Positions 29,540 to 38,677 are shown, numbered from the stretch's first letter. The stretch: DNA of 64,000 nt from Candidatus Levyibacteriota bacterium (GCA_016214555.1 JACROF010000012.1:4343-68342), one strand, 5' to 3'. Translations and numbers: made by a program. Notes: generated by a model not told the origin, from the sequence alone.

Positions 29540-30553
29540 TTAGCTCCTTTCAGCCTTCAGTGGCTTCATGCCGGTATGAAGACGTCCAAACGACTCAAGC
29601 CGAACTCTTTGAATAGTCTCGCAGAGGTCCTCCTTGCCCCAGTGAGGTCTTTCCATCGGATCTTCACGTACTAACCTGCTGATGAATTCGACGAAAGGAT
29701 CAGGGGTCTTTTTGGGAACTTTCTTGTCTTTGACAAGATTTGGGTCGCGCGTGAGCGCGAAGATTAATGTCATACCGAGCGCATAAAGATCTGACTCTGG
29801 GATTGGTGGTTTGCCTGCTATTTGCTCAGGGGGAGCAAAAAGCTCAGTATAACCAATAGTACGAGATGTACCAGTTGGCTTGACTGATGAGAGTCCAAAA
29901 TCGATCAGTACAGCCATGTGTTTGTCAGGCTGCACGATGATATTTTGAGGCTTGATATCTCCATGAATGATTTGATTATGGTGTAGATATGCAAGCGCAT
30001 TAAGTGAGCGCTCTGCTATCCACGAAACTCCTTCAGGATCCAGTGGTCCGAGATCGCCAACAAGTTTGAAGAGGGTATCTCCTGGAATGTAACTCATCAC
30101 AAGCGCAAGGCTTCCATCATCCATTTTGAGCATATCTCTCATGGTGGGAAGCGCGTAGTGACGAAGATCCCATACTACTTTTGCTTCATCGATCAGAATC
30201 TGATTTCTCAGAGTTGATACTTTTGAGCAAAACTTGATACAGACGAGTTCTCCCGTAATCAGATGTTCTGCTTTGTGGGTTGGGCCAAAGCCTCCCTCTG
30301 CGATTTTTTCGATAATTCGATACCCTCCGACAATCATGTCGTCTTTTTTACCTCGATCCCGCATAAAGCGAGCGAGTTTATCCGGGTCACTAATTATTTC
30401 ATATGCAGTATTGATATGTACGAAGATTTCGGGATCACCACCTTTGTCAGGGTGATATGCTCTTGCAAGCCCTTTCCATGCGCCTTCAATGGCAGCAGGG
30501 TCTGCGTTTGGCAATAGACCAAGGGTTTGGAATGGATCAGTAATAACTGTCAC
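29540..30553 (-). CDS. DnaJ (J-domain)-Ser/Thr protein kinase fusion
   Basis: DPFQTLGL..IEGAWKGLARAYHPDKGG..F..INTAYEIISD (J-domain); EGGFG, VCIK, HGDIKPQN, DFG, APPE, SDLYALG, ERP. SD AAGGAG favours GTG 30553 (TTG 30556 possible). Confidence 0.92.
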   Translation of the reverse strand: MTVITDPFQTLGLLPNADPAAIEGAWKGLARAYHPDKGGDPEIFVHINTAYEIISDPDKLARFMRDRGKKDDMIVGGYRIIEKIAEGGFGPTHKAEHLITGELVCIKFCSKVSTLRNQILIDEAKVVWDLRHYALPTMRDMLKMDDGSLALVMSYIPGDTLFKLVGDLGPLDPEGVSWIAERSLNALAYLHHNQIIHGDIKPQNIIVQPDKHMAVLIDFGLSSVKPTGTSRTIGYTELFAPPEQIAGKPPIPESDLYALGMTLIFALTRDPNLVKDKKVPKKTPDPFVEFISRLVREDPMERPHWGKEDLCETIQRVRLESFGRLHTGMKPLKAERS

Positions 30554-30578
30554 CAATTTCTCCTTTCCTAATTATTCC

Positions 30579-30636
30579 TGCCAGTAGGCAGCGTCTTGGC
30601 TACTATTTATAGTAAACAAGACGCCACCTGCTGACA
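30579..30636 (-). promoter_or_regulatory. Long hairpin in the 5' leader of the kinase operon
   Basis: Nested inverted repeats GCGTCTTG/CAAGACGC, TACTAT/ATAGTA and outer arms; tandem G-U pairs form on the minus strand. Confidence 0.65.
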
Positions 30637-30712
30637 TGATTTTTCGGTACTTTGTTAAAGAACAAAAATTTCTCTTCCATGACATATTAGTCAGGTTTGA
30701 AATTCGTTGGTT

Positions 30713-30721
30713 ATTATAACA
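30713..30721 (-). promoter_or_regulatory. Extended -10 promoter for the kinase operon
   Basis: TGTTATAAT on the minus strand about 160 nt upstream of the start codon. Confidence 0.55.
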
Positions 30722-30795
30722 CATACTACCTATAGTAGTGATTTGTACTTGTATCAAACGCTTGAAGTAGGTGAAAAATTCTTTTTAGAAATCGA

Positions 30796-30827
30796 TGAGG
30801 CTAATTATTTTTTAAAATTTAGCCTCA
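30796..30827. repeat. Perfect 9-bp inverted repeat between divergent promoters
   Basis: TGAGGCTAA-N14-TTAGCCTCA. Confidence 0.7.
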
Positions 30828-30858
30828 GAGTTATACAAAATTACTCCTGAAAAGGGTA

Positions 30859-30887
30859 TTGACGCTCGGGGGGAAATGTAGTATCAT
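30859..30887 (+). promoter_or_regulatory. Sigma70-type promoter of tuf-S10
   Basis: TTGACG-17-TATCAT. Confidence 0.7.
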
Positions 30888-30942
30888 ACACATAATCTCA
30901 TTGAAATAGATGGGATCTTTTTTTCTTTAAAACTAAAAACAT

Positions 30943-32121
30943 ATGGCAACATTTAATCGAAACAAACCACACGTCAATATCGGAACGATCGGCCACGTCG
31001 ATCACGGTAAGACAACAACAACTGCAGCTATTGCTACTGTTCTTTCAAAGCACGGTGGAGGAGAGGCTAAGAAATACGAAGACATCGACAATGCTCCAGA
31101 GGAAAAGGCTCGTGGAGTAACCATTAATATTTCCCACATCGAATACGAAACAGAAAAGCGTCATTATGCTCATATCGATGCTCCAGGTCACGCTGATTAC
31201 ATCAAAAACATGATTACAGGGGCGGCTCAAATGGACGGAGCAATTCTTGTCGTCTCAGCGCCTGATGGTCCAATGCCTCAGACTCGAGAACACATTCTTC
31301 TTGCATATCAAGTTGGCGTTCCAGCAATCGTTGTTTACCTTAACAAATGTGATATGGTTCAGGACGAAGAGCTTTTGGACCTTGTTGAGATGGAAGTTCG
31401 TGAACTTCTTACCAAATACAAATACCCAGGCGACACAACTCCAATTATCCGTGGTTCATCTCTTAAGGCACTTGAGGGAGATCCAGCATACGAAGAAAAA
31501 ATAATGGAACTTATGAAGACAGTTGATGAGTACATTCCAACTCCAACTCGTGATCTTGATAAGCCATTCTTGATGCCTGTTGAGGACGTTTTCTCAATCA
31601 AAGGTCGAGGAACAGTCGTTACAGGAAGAGTCGAGCGTGGAGTTGTCAAAGTTAACGAGCCTATTGAAATCGTTGGTATGAAAGCAACAACACAAAGTGT
31701 CGTTACTGGAGTTGAGATGTTTAGAAAACAGCTCGATCAAGGTCAGGCTGGAGATAACGTAGGACTTCTTCTAAGAGGTGTTGAGAAGGACGATGTTGAG
31801 CGTGGACAGGTATTGGCAAAGCCTGGTTCTATCACTCCACACACTGATTTTGAAGCAGAAGCATACATTCTTTCTAAAGAAGAGGGTGGCCGACATACAC
31901 CATTCTTTAAGGGATATCGACCACAATTTTATATCAGAACTACCGACGTAACTGGGGAAACTATCCTTCCAGACGGTGTTGAGATGGTAATGCCTGGAGA
32001 CAATACAAAAATGACAGTAAAACTTATTGTACCTGTTGCTCTTGAAGAAGGACTTCGATTTGCTATCCGCGAAGGCGGACGAACAGTCGGAGCAGGTGTT
32101 ATTAGTAAAATCTTAAAATAA
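30943..32121 (+). CDS. tuf: Elongation factor Tu
   Basis: [46 protein letters not shown]. Confidence 0.99.
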   Translation: MATFNRNKPHVNIGTIGHVDHGKTTTTAAIATVLSKHGGGEAKKYEDIDNAPEEKARGVTINISHIEYETEKRHYAHIDAPGHADYIKNMITGAAQMDGAILVVSAPDGPMPQTREHILLAYQVGVPAIVVYLNKCDMVQDEELLDLVEMEVRELLTKYKYPGDTTPIIRGSSLKALEGDPAYEEKIMELMKTVDEYIPTPTRDLDKPFLMPVEDVFSIKGRGTVVTGRVERGVVKVNEPIEIVGMKATTQSVVTGVEMFRKQLDQGQAGDNVGLLLRGVEKDDVERGQVLAKPGSITPHTDFEAEAYILSKEEGGRHTPFFKGYRPQFYIRTTDVTGETILPDGVEMVMPGDNTKMTVKLIVPVALEEGLRFAIREGGRTVGAGVISKILK

Positions 32122-32154
32122 ACTATCGCACATTGACTGTCTGTAAGGAGGCAT

Positions 32155-32463
32155 ATGCCAAAAGGAAGAATTCGCGTTCGATTAAAAAGTTACGATGCAA
32201 GAGTCATAGATTCTTGCTGCCAGCAGATTTTAGATACGGCTATTAGGACCGGAGCTAAGATCGTTGGCCCCGTGCCTCTTCCTTCTCAGCGAAGCGTATA
32301 TGTTGTTAACAAATCACCCTTTGTTGACAAAAATGCTCGAGATCATTTTGAGATCAAGGTTCATAAGCGCTTGGTTGATATTATTTCTCCGACTGACAAA
32401 ACAATTGATAGTTTGACTCACTTAGAGTTGCCAGCAGGTGTAGATGTTGAGATTAAGATGTAG
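32155..32463 (+). CDS. rpsJ: 30S ribosomal protein S10
   Basis: RIRVRLKSYD, GPVPLP, HKRLVDI, LPAGVDVEI. Confidence 0.98.
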   Translation: MPKGRIRVRLKSYDARVIDSCCQQILDTAIRTGAKIVGPVPLPSQRSVYVVNKSPFVDKNARDHFEIKVHKRLVDIISPTDKTIDSLTHLELPAGVDVEIKM

Positions 32464-32555
32464 TTTTCTACACACCAAGAATCGCATGCCCACATCACGA
32501 ATAATTAAATATGAGGTAAACAAAGCCTAAACAAGGCTCAAATCGATAAATGAGT

Positions 32556-32584
32556 AGAGGTAGCCTAGGGGCTACTTTTTTTTT
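32556..32584 (+). terminator. Terminator/attenuator-like hairpin between rpsJ and rplC
   Basis: GTAGCC-TAGG-GGCTAC stem followed by 9 T, 6 nt before the rplC ATG. Confidence 0.6.
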
Positions 32585-32590
32585 GAAAAT

Positions 32591-33433
32591 ATGAATACAT
32601 TACTAGGAACAAAAAAACAACAAATGCAAGGATTTCTTGAAAACGGAACACGTGTCCCGCTTACGCTTGTCGTAGCTTCAGAAAACGTCATGATGTCACA
32701 AAAGACTACAGATAAAGATCGCTATAACGCAATAACACTGGGCTTTGGTAAAAGTAAAAAAACTTCCAAGGCCCTTTTTGGTCAGGCTAAAAAAGCAGGC
32801 CTTACCTATGTCCCTCAAGCTTTTAAAGAGGTAAAAGTAGATGATTTTAATACGTTTGAAGCAGGAAAAGTAGTAGTAGTTGATGAAGTGTTTAAGCCTG
32901 GCGATATCGTTGATGTAAAAGGTACTTCTAAAGGAAAAGGTTTTGCAGGAGGAGTAAAGAGATATAATTTCCGCGGTGGACCTAAGACTCATGGTCAGTC
33001 AGATAGACACCGTGCTCCTGGATCTATCGGATCAGGAACTACTCCAGGAAGAGTATATAAAGGTAAAAGAATGGCGGGAAACATGGGACATGATACGGTT
33101 ACAGTGAAAAATCTTGTTGTTATCGATGTTGATTCTGCAACCAATACACTCTTTATCAAAGGGTTAGTGCCTGGAATTTTGGGTGGAACAGTTGAAGTAA
33201 CAAAAGTTGGAGAGTTGAAAGGTAAGTATTTTACCCCACTCTACAAGGTTTCGTCTGATACAGCAAATAGCGAAGAAGTAAAAGAGGAGAAGGTAGAAGT
33301 AGTTCAGGAGTCTAACGAGGTTGTTGAATCTGTTGCAGCTATAGATGCTGAACAGCCAAAGTCTGAAGAGCCACAAGCTGAAGCAGTAGAAGAAGTTAAA
33401 GCTGACGAGGTAAAGGAGGAAAACAATGGATAA
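32591..33433 (+). CDS. rplC: 50S ribosomal protein L3 with acidic C-terminal tail
   Basis: SKGKGFAGGVKR, THGQSDRHRAPGSIG, PGRVYKGKRMAG. Confidence 0.98.
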   Translation: MNTLLGTKKQQMQGFLENGTRVPLTLVVASENVMMSQKTTDKDRYNAITLGFGKSKKTSKALFGQAKKAGLTYVPQAFKEVKVDDFNTFEAGKVVVVDEVFKPGDIVDVKGTSKGKGFAGGVKRYNFRGGPKTHGQSDRHRAPGSIGSGTTPGRVYKGKRMAGNMGHDTVTVKNLVVIDVDSATNTLFIKGLVPGILGGTVEVTKVGELKGKYFTPLYKVSSDTANSEEVKEEKVEVVQESNEVVESVAAIDAEQPKSEEPQAEAVEEVKADEVKEENNG

Positions 33434-34181
33434 AGTAAAAACAGCACCAAAAAAGACTGTCACAAAGGCGAAAAAACCAGCGCGCGTTGTTGAAAGCGCA
33501 GTGAAAGTAGCAAAGATATCATCAAAGGGTCTTAGTATTGATACTTTTGATATTGCAGGTAAAGTTATTGGGAAAACAGAGCTTTCTAAAGAACTTTTTG
33601 GAGTAAAAATAAATAAAGCCTTGATGACACAGGCTGTTCGTGTCTATTTAGCAAATCAACGAATTGGGACACAATCCACCAAAACACGAGGAGAAGTTGT
33701 TGGTTCAACAAGAAAAATTTATCGACAAAAAGGCACAGGGAGAGCTCGTCATGGAGGAATCACAGCGCCAATCTTTGTTGGTGGAGGAGTTGCTCTTGGT
33801 CCAAAGCCACGAAGTCATGCTCTTGACCTGCCACAGAAAATGCGACGAGTAGCTCTTTCTTCTGCTCTCACCAGTAAACTTTCAAGTGATAGCGTTTGGG
33901 TAGTTGATGGTTATGAGAAATTGCCTTTAAAGACAAAAGGTTTTGTAACAGCGCTTACCAAGTTAGGTATCGAGCAGAAAAAAAGAAAAGTACTTTTGGT
34001 GCTCCCAGGAAAGCTTGAGACTCTTCAAAAAGCATCAAGAAATGTAGAAGGTGTTCATTTTATTTCAGCCAATCAGCTTAATACGTATGAAGTATTAAAT
34101 AATCGAGCAATTGTTATTTTGAAATCAGCGCTTGAGACTCTTGAGAAAACTTTTGTCCCAAAGAAAGGAGAGGTAGTATGA
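33426..34181 (+). CDS. rplD: 50S ribosomal protein L4
   Basis: TKTRGEV.GSTRKIYRQKGTGRARHG, GGGVALGPKPR. Confidence 0.98.
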   Translation: MDKVKTAPKKTVTKAKKPARVVESAVKVAKISSKGLSIDTFDIAGKVIGKTELSKELFGVKINKALMTQAVRVYLANQRIGTQSTKTRGEVVGSTRKIYRQKGTGRARHGGITAPIFVGGGVALGPKPRSHALDLPQKMRRVALSSALTSKLSSDSVWVVDGYEKLPLKTKGFVTALTKLGIEQKKRKVLLVLPGKLETLQKASRNVEGVHFISANQLNTYEVLNNRAIVILKSALETLEKTFVPKKGEVV

Positions 34182-34465
34182 GAAATGTGATCCTCTCCCC
34201 TATTATTACCGAACGCTCTATGGCACTTGTCAAACAAGGAAAATTTTCTTTTGCTGTTTCTTCACATGCTGATAAGGAAGCAATAAAACAAGCAGTTAAC
34301 AGCACTTTTAACGTTGATGTGGTATCTGTTTTAACCTCTATACAAAAAGGGAAAACAAAAAGAGTAGGCAAACGAAGAGCAGAAAAAAAGCTTACATCAG
34401 CGAAAAAAGCGGTAGTTACGGTAAAAGAAGGGCAAAAAATTGACATTTTTGATCTTGGAGTATAA
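34178..34465 (+). CDS. rplW: 50S ribosomal protein L23
   Basis: PIITERS, IKQAV..F.V.V, KKAVVT; operon position. Confidence 0.96.
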   Translation: MRNVILSPIITERSMALVKQGKFSFAVSSHADKEAIKQAVNSTFNVDVVSVLTSIQKGKTKRVGKRRAEKKLTSAKKAVVTVKEGQKIDIFDLGV

Positions 34466-34495
34466 TATGTGCCTTCGGTTTTGAAGGAGAAAAAT

Positions 34496-35236
34496 ATGAG
34501 AAAACTATTACAAATTAAAAAGAAACATTCAGGAAGAGGTGCATCTGGCCAGGTTGTTGTTCGTCATCAAGGTGGTCAGCACAAGAGATTTCTACGTACT
34601 ATTGATTTCAAGCGTGACAAAATAGATATTGAAGGCAAGGTTGTAGCTATTGAGTATGATCCAAATAGAACCTGTGATATTGCATTTGTTCAGTACTCAG
34701 ATGGCGAGAAGCGTTTTATTCTTGCTCCTGAAGGATTGAAGATTGGCAGTAAAATAAAGGCTGGTTTGAAGGCAGATATTAAGCTTGGTAATGCATTACC
34801 TATGGAAAAAATGCCTCTTGGGACAATCGTTCATAATGTTGAGTTGACTCCTGGAAGAGGTGGTCAGCTAGCAAGAGGAGCAGGAGCTGCTGCTATGGTT
34901 ACTGCAAGAGAGGCTGGATATATTCATCTAAAAATGCCATCAGGTGAGCTTCGAAAGGTTTCTGAAAAGGGTTTTGCGACAGTTGGTCAAGTTGGGAACA
35001 TTGATTGGAAGAATGAAGTGATAGGTAAAGCTGGACGAGCTCGACATATGGGCATTAGACCATCAGTCCGAGGAGTTGCAATGAATCCACGATCTCATCC
35101 TCATGGAGGAGGAGAAGGAAGATCAGGAATTGGTATGCCTAGTCCAAAAACATATGCTGGAAGAAAAGCTGTTGGAAATACACGAAGACCAAAAAAATAT
35201 TCTGACAAATATATTTTACAAAGGAGAAAGAAATAA
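34496..35236 (+). CDS. rplB: 50S ribosomal protein L2 (N-terminally short)
   Basis: [23 protein letters not shown]; SD AAGGAG before ATG 34496. Confidence 0.97.
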   Translation: MRKLLQIKKKHSGRGASGQVVVRHQGGQHKRFLRTIDFKRDKIDIEGKVVAIEYDPNRTCDIAFVQYSDGEKRFILAPEGLKIGSKIKAGLKADIKLGNALPMEKMPLGTIVHNVELTPGRGGQLARGAGAAAMVTAREAGYIHLKMPSGELRKVSEKGFATVGQVGNIDWKNEVIGKAGRARHMGIRPSVRGVAMNPRSHPHGGGEGRSGIGMPSPKTYAGRKAVGNTRRPKKYSDKYILQRRKK

Positions 35237-35238
35237 TT

Positions 35239-35523
35239 ATGGCACGCTCGCTTAAAAAAGGTCCATTTATGGACGAAAAATTAGTTAAAAAAGTAATGAC
35301 GCAGAAAGATGGGGGTCAAAAGACAGCTATTAAGACATGGTCAAGGGCTTGTCAGATTCCTCCTGAATTTGTTGGGCACACATTTGCAGTGCACAACGGA
35401 AGAATTTTTGTCAATGTGTTTGTAAGTGAATCAATGGTAGGACATAGGCTTGGCGAATTTGCACCAACAAGAACATTTAGAGGTCATGGACGTGTGGTTG
35501 CACGAGAGATTTCAAAGACATAA
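35239..35523 (+). CDS. rpsS: 30S ribosomal protein S19
   Basis: [27 protein letters not shown]. Confidence 0.98.
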   Translation: MARSLKKGPFMDEKLVKKVMTQKDGGQKTAIKTWSRACQIPPEFVGHTFAVHNGRIFVNVFVSESMVGHRLGEFAPTRTFRGHGRVVAREISKT

Positions 35524-35533
35524 TGATACAACT

Positions 35534-35872
35534 ATGAAAATAACAGCAACATCAAATCAGGTAAGAATTAGTCCACGAAAAGTAAGATTGGTCGCAGATA
35601 GCGTCCGAAATCTTTCACTTGATGATGCATTTGCATCGCTAAGTGTTACCAGAAAGCGTGGAGCAAGAATTCTTGAAAAGACTTTAGCAAGCGCGGTTGC
35701 TAATGCAGTCAATAATGCAAAATTACAAAAAGAAAAATTGAGCATTGCAGAAATCGTTGTTAATGAGGGTCCATCATTAAAAAGATATCATGCGTCAACA
35801 AGAGGAAGAATTCATCCATACAAAAAAAGAAGTAGTAATGTAAGTGTTATCTTGCAGGAGGTTGAAAAATAA
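35534..35872 (+). CDS. rplV: 50S ribosomal protein L22
   Basis: RISPRKVRLV, SAVANA, VNEGP.LKR; start at MKITA. Confidence 0.97.
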   Translation: MKITATSNQVRISPRKVRLVADSVRNLSLDDAFASLSVTRKRGARILEKTLASAVANAVNNAKLQKEKLSIAEIVVNEGPSLKRYHASTRGRIHPYKKRSSNVSVILQEVEK

Positions 35873-36522
35873 TGGGACAAAAAGTAAATCCACATCTTAT
35901 TAGACTTAAAACCGTTCACGACTGGAGTAGTCGATGGTTTAGTGAGAAAAACTACAAAGAAGTTCTTCTTGAAGACTATGCACTTAGGAAGCTTTTAATG
36001 GAGAGGCTAAAGCTTGCAGGAGTAAGTCTAGTTGAGATTGAGAGATCAATCAATAATGTTAAGATCATTGTTTATGTTGCGCGTCCTGGAATTGTTATTG
36101 GGAGAGGTGGAGCAGGGATTGAGGAGCTAAAAAAGTCGCTTCAACAGTTCTTTATAAAACAAGGTAAAACTGGTAAAATGATGCCTCGATTCGATCTGAG
36201 AGTCGAGCAGGTGAAAGATCCTAATCTTAACTCATATCTAGTAGCAAAGAATATTTCAGAAGGGTTGATCCGAAGACTTTCTTTCAAAAGAATTTTGGCC
36301 CAGACAGCAGATCGTGTTATGAGCTCGGGAGCGCTAGGCGTAAGAGTTGTTCTTTCAGGAAGAATTAATGGTTCTGAAATCGGAAGAAGAGAAAAAATTC
36401 AGGTAGGTACTGTGCCATTATCAACAATTCGAGCAAATATTGATTATGCTGAGTATCCAGCGCTTACGAAAAAGGGATACATCGGAGTAAAGGTCTGGAT
36501 TAATAGACCAGAGGAGAAATAA
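35872..36522 (+). CDS. rpsC: 30S ribosomal protein S3
   Basis: [34 protein letters not shown]. Confidence 0.98.
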   Translation: MGQKVNPHLIRLKTVHDWSSRWFSEKNYKEVLLEDYALRKLLMERLKLAGVSLVEIERSINNVKIIVYVARPGIVIGRGGAGIEELKKSLQQFFIKQGKTGKMMPRFDLRVEQVKDPNLNSYLVAKNISEGLIRRLSFKRILAQTADRVMSSGALGVRVVLSGRINGSEIGRREKIQVGTVPLSTIRANIDYAEYPALTKKGYIGVKVWINRPEEK

Positions 36523-36526
36523 AGCT

Positions 36527-36940
36527 ATGTTAGTTCCAAGAAGAGTAAAATATCGAAAACAAATGAGGGGAAGTATGAAAGGCGATGCATATCGTGGCAC
36601 AACACTTGCTTTTGGCGAGTTTGGCTTGATAACTGAAGCGCAGGGTTGGATAACAAGCCGTCAAATCGAATCTGCACGAAGAGCAATCGCACATTATACA
36701 CAGCGTGGTGGAAGAACATGGATCAGAATTTTTCCTGATAAGCCCGTTACCAAGAAGCCACCAGAGGTCAGAATGGGTGGAGGAAAAGGAGATGTTGAAG
36801 AGCATGTGGCACCTGTTCTTCCGGGAAGAGTTCTTTTTGAGATGGCTGGAATTACATCTGATATTGCCCAGGAGGCGTTGCGTCTTGCATCTCATAAGTT
36901 GCCTGTGAAAACAAGATTTATTACAAAAAAAGGAAGATAA
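36527..36940 (+). CDS. rplP: 50S ribosomal protein L16
   Basis: [31 protein letters not shown]. Confidence 0.98.
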   Translation: MLVPRRVKYRKQMRGSMKGDAYRGTTLAFGEFGLITEAQGWITSRQIESARRAIAHYTQRGGRTWIRIFPDKPVTKKPPEVRMGGGKGDVEEHVAPVLPGRVLFEMAGITSDIAQEALRLASHKLPVKTRFITKKGR

Positions 36941-36942
36941 CT

Positions 36943-37158
36943 ATGAAATTAAAAGCAAAACAAGAAACAAGAAATATGTCAATTGAAGAATTGAGAAAAA
37001 AGGTTGACGAAACACGAAAAAACTTTTCTAAGTCGATGCTTGATCACAAGCAATTTAAGCTTAAAAATGTTCGATCGCTTACTCATATGAGAAAAGAAAT
37101 TGCAGTAATGCTTACAGTAATTAAAGAAAAGGAGATGCAAAATGGCAAAAACGCTTAA
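36943..37158 (+). CDS. rpmC: 50S ribosomal protein L29
   Basis: R.MS.EEL, RKEIA..LT; operon position. Confidence 0.93.
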   Translation: MKLKAKQETRNMSIEELRKKVDETRKNFSKSMLDHKQFKLKNVRSLTHMRKEIAVMLTVIKEKEMQNGKNA

Positions 37159-37399
37159 AGGATTTATCACATCAACAGGCATGAATAATACAGCAGTTGT
37201 TGAAGTTTTTCGACAAGTACCTCATCCGTTGTACAAAAAATTGTTAAAACGTAGCAAGAAATATAAAGTTGAGACGGAAGGAAAGACGTTGTCAGTTGGA
37301 GATTATGTTCAGATCGAAGAAACAAAACCTATGTCAAAGGATAAGTATTTTAAGCTTGTTTCTATTATTACGAGCGTGAAGGAGGTTTCTCATACATGA
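37142..37399 (+). CDS. rpsQ: 30S ribosomal protein S17
   Basis: [23 protein letters not shown]. Confidence 0.97.
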   Translation: MAKTLKGFITSTGMNNTAVVEVFRQVPHPLYKKLLKRSKKYKVETEGKTLSVGDYVQIEETKPMSKDKYFKLVSIITSVKEVSHT

Positions 37400-37770
37400 T
37401 TCAACATAGAACAATGCTCTCAGTAGCAGATAATTCTGGGGCAAGAATTATTCAAGTCATTCATATTTTTGGTGGATCAACAAGAAGAAAAGGAACAATA
37501 GGTTCTGTAGTGAATGCTGTAGTTAAACAAGCAACCCCTCATGGAAACGTAAAAGAGGGAGAAATTGTAAAGGCAGTTATCGTAAGAACAAGAAAAGAGT
37601 ATGGAAGAAATGATGGGTCATACATCCGATTCTCAGATAATGCTGGGGTACTTATAGATTCGTTAAAAGATAAGAATCCACGAGGTACTCGTATTTTTGG
37701 TCCGATCGCTCGGGAAATAAAAGATCTTGGTTTTAGTAAGATAGCGAGTATGGCTATAGAGGTTATTTAA
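37396..37770 (+). CDS. rplN: 50S ribosomal protein L14
   Basis: [27 protein letters not shown]. Confidence 0.98.
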   Translation: MIQHRTMLSVADNSGARIIQVIHIFGGSTRRKGTIGSVVNAVVKQATPHGNVKEGEIVKAVIVRTRKEYGRNDGSYIRFSDNAGVLIDSLKDKNPRGTRIFGPIAREIKDLGFSKIASMAIEVI

Positions 37771-37778
37771 GGAGAAAT

Positions 37779-38084
37779 ATGAAGTTACGAAAAAATGATT
37801 TAGTCTTAGTCACATCAGGAAAAGAAAAGGGTAAAACAGGAAAAATAGAGAAGATCTTTACATCAGATGCAAAAGTGCTTGTTGAAGGATTAAATCTCTA
37901 TAAGAGACATGTTAAGGCAAGAACTCAGGGACAGAAGTCAGAGATTGTTACCATCTCAAAGCCTCTTCCTGTAGGAAATGTTGCTTTGGTTTGCCCTAAA
38001 TGTAAGAAGCAGACAAGAATTGCATTTATGCTTGTAAAAGATGTTAAACAAAGAGTTTGCAGTAAATGCAAGGCGGAGATTTAA
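37779..38084 (+). CDS. rplX: 50S ribosomal protein L24
   Basis: SGKEKGKTG, VEGLN..KRH; CxxC...CxxC form. Confidence 0.97.
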   Translation: MKLRKNDLVLVTSGKEKGKTGKIEKIFTSDAKVLVEGLNLYKRHVKARTQGQKSEIVTISKPLPVGNVALVCPKCKKQTRIAFMLVKDVKQRVCSKCKAEI

Positions 38085-38086
38085 TT

Positions 38087-38638
38087 ATGGATAATTTACA
38101 ATTACGATTTACTAAAACTATTCAAGCTGAGATTCAGAAGTCATTAGGTATAAAAAATCCTATGGCTACTCCACGACTCGTCAAGATTGTGGTGAATATG
38201 GGCGTTAAAGATGCTGTGGCAGACAAGAAAAATGTCGAGAAAGCAGGCGCAGCGCTTGCTCAAATCACTGGACAAAAAGCACGAGTCGCAAAAGCAAAAA
38301 AATCAATTGCTTCATTTAAGCTTCGTGAGGGTGAACCAATCGGTGTTGTTGTTACTCTTCGAGGGAAAAGGATGTACGACTTTTTTGAAAAATTAACAAC
38401 AATTGTTTTTCCTCGAATCAAAGATTTTCATGGTATCAAAAGAAATAGTTTTGATGGCCTTGGTAATTACACTCTTGGATTTCCTGAGTATGCTGTATTT
38501 CCTGAAATTGATCCATCGACAGTTGAAAAAGCTCAAGGGCTTGAGATTGTTATTGTAACATCAGCAAAAAATGATAAAGACGCTCTTGTACTCCTTGAGC
38601 TATTGGGTGCACCATTTGAGAAAGGAGCATCATCGTAA
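38087..38638 (+). CDS. rplE: 50S ribosomal protein L5
   Basis: KIVVNMG, ITGQK, SIASFKLREG, VTLRG, PRIKDFHG; start at MDNLQ. Confidence 0.98.
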   Translation: MDNLQLRFTKTIQAEIQKSLGIKNPMATPRLVKIVVNMGVKDAVADKKNVEKAGAALAQITGQKARVAKAKKSIASFKLREGEPIGVVVTLRGKRMYDFFEKLTTIVFPRIKDFHGIKRNSFDGLGNYTLGFPEYAVFPEIDPSTVEKAQGLEIVIVTSAKNDKDALVLLELLGAPFEKGASS

Positions 38639-38640
38639 GC

Positions 38641-38669
38641 TTGTTTTTTGAGGCTAAAACACTTATAAT
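38641..38669 (+). promoter_or_regulatory. Internal promoter upstream of rpsN (near-leaderless)
   Basis: TTGTTT-17-TATAAT, ATG 8 nt downstream. Confidence 0.55.
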
Positions 38670-38677
38670 GAGAAGCT

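Noticed and set aside
30733-30753. NrtR-like GT-N7-AC box over the kinase-operon promoter
   Set aside because: Only 5 of 10 positions are palindromic and no regulator gene is nearby, so it is too weak to support
30572-30757. 61-aa minus-strand ORF as a leader peptide or fourth gene
   Set aside because: It starts upstream of the predicted promoter, has a TTG start with no SD, and crosses the hairpin
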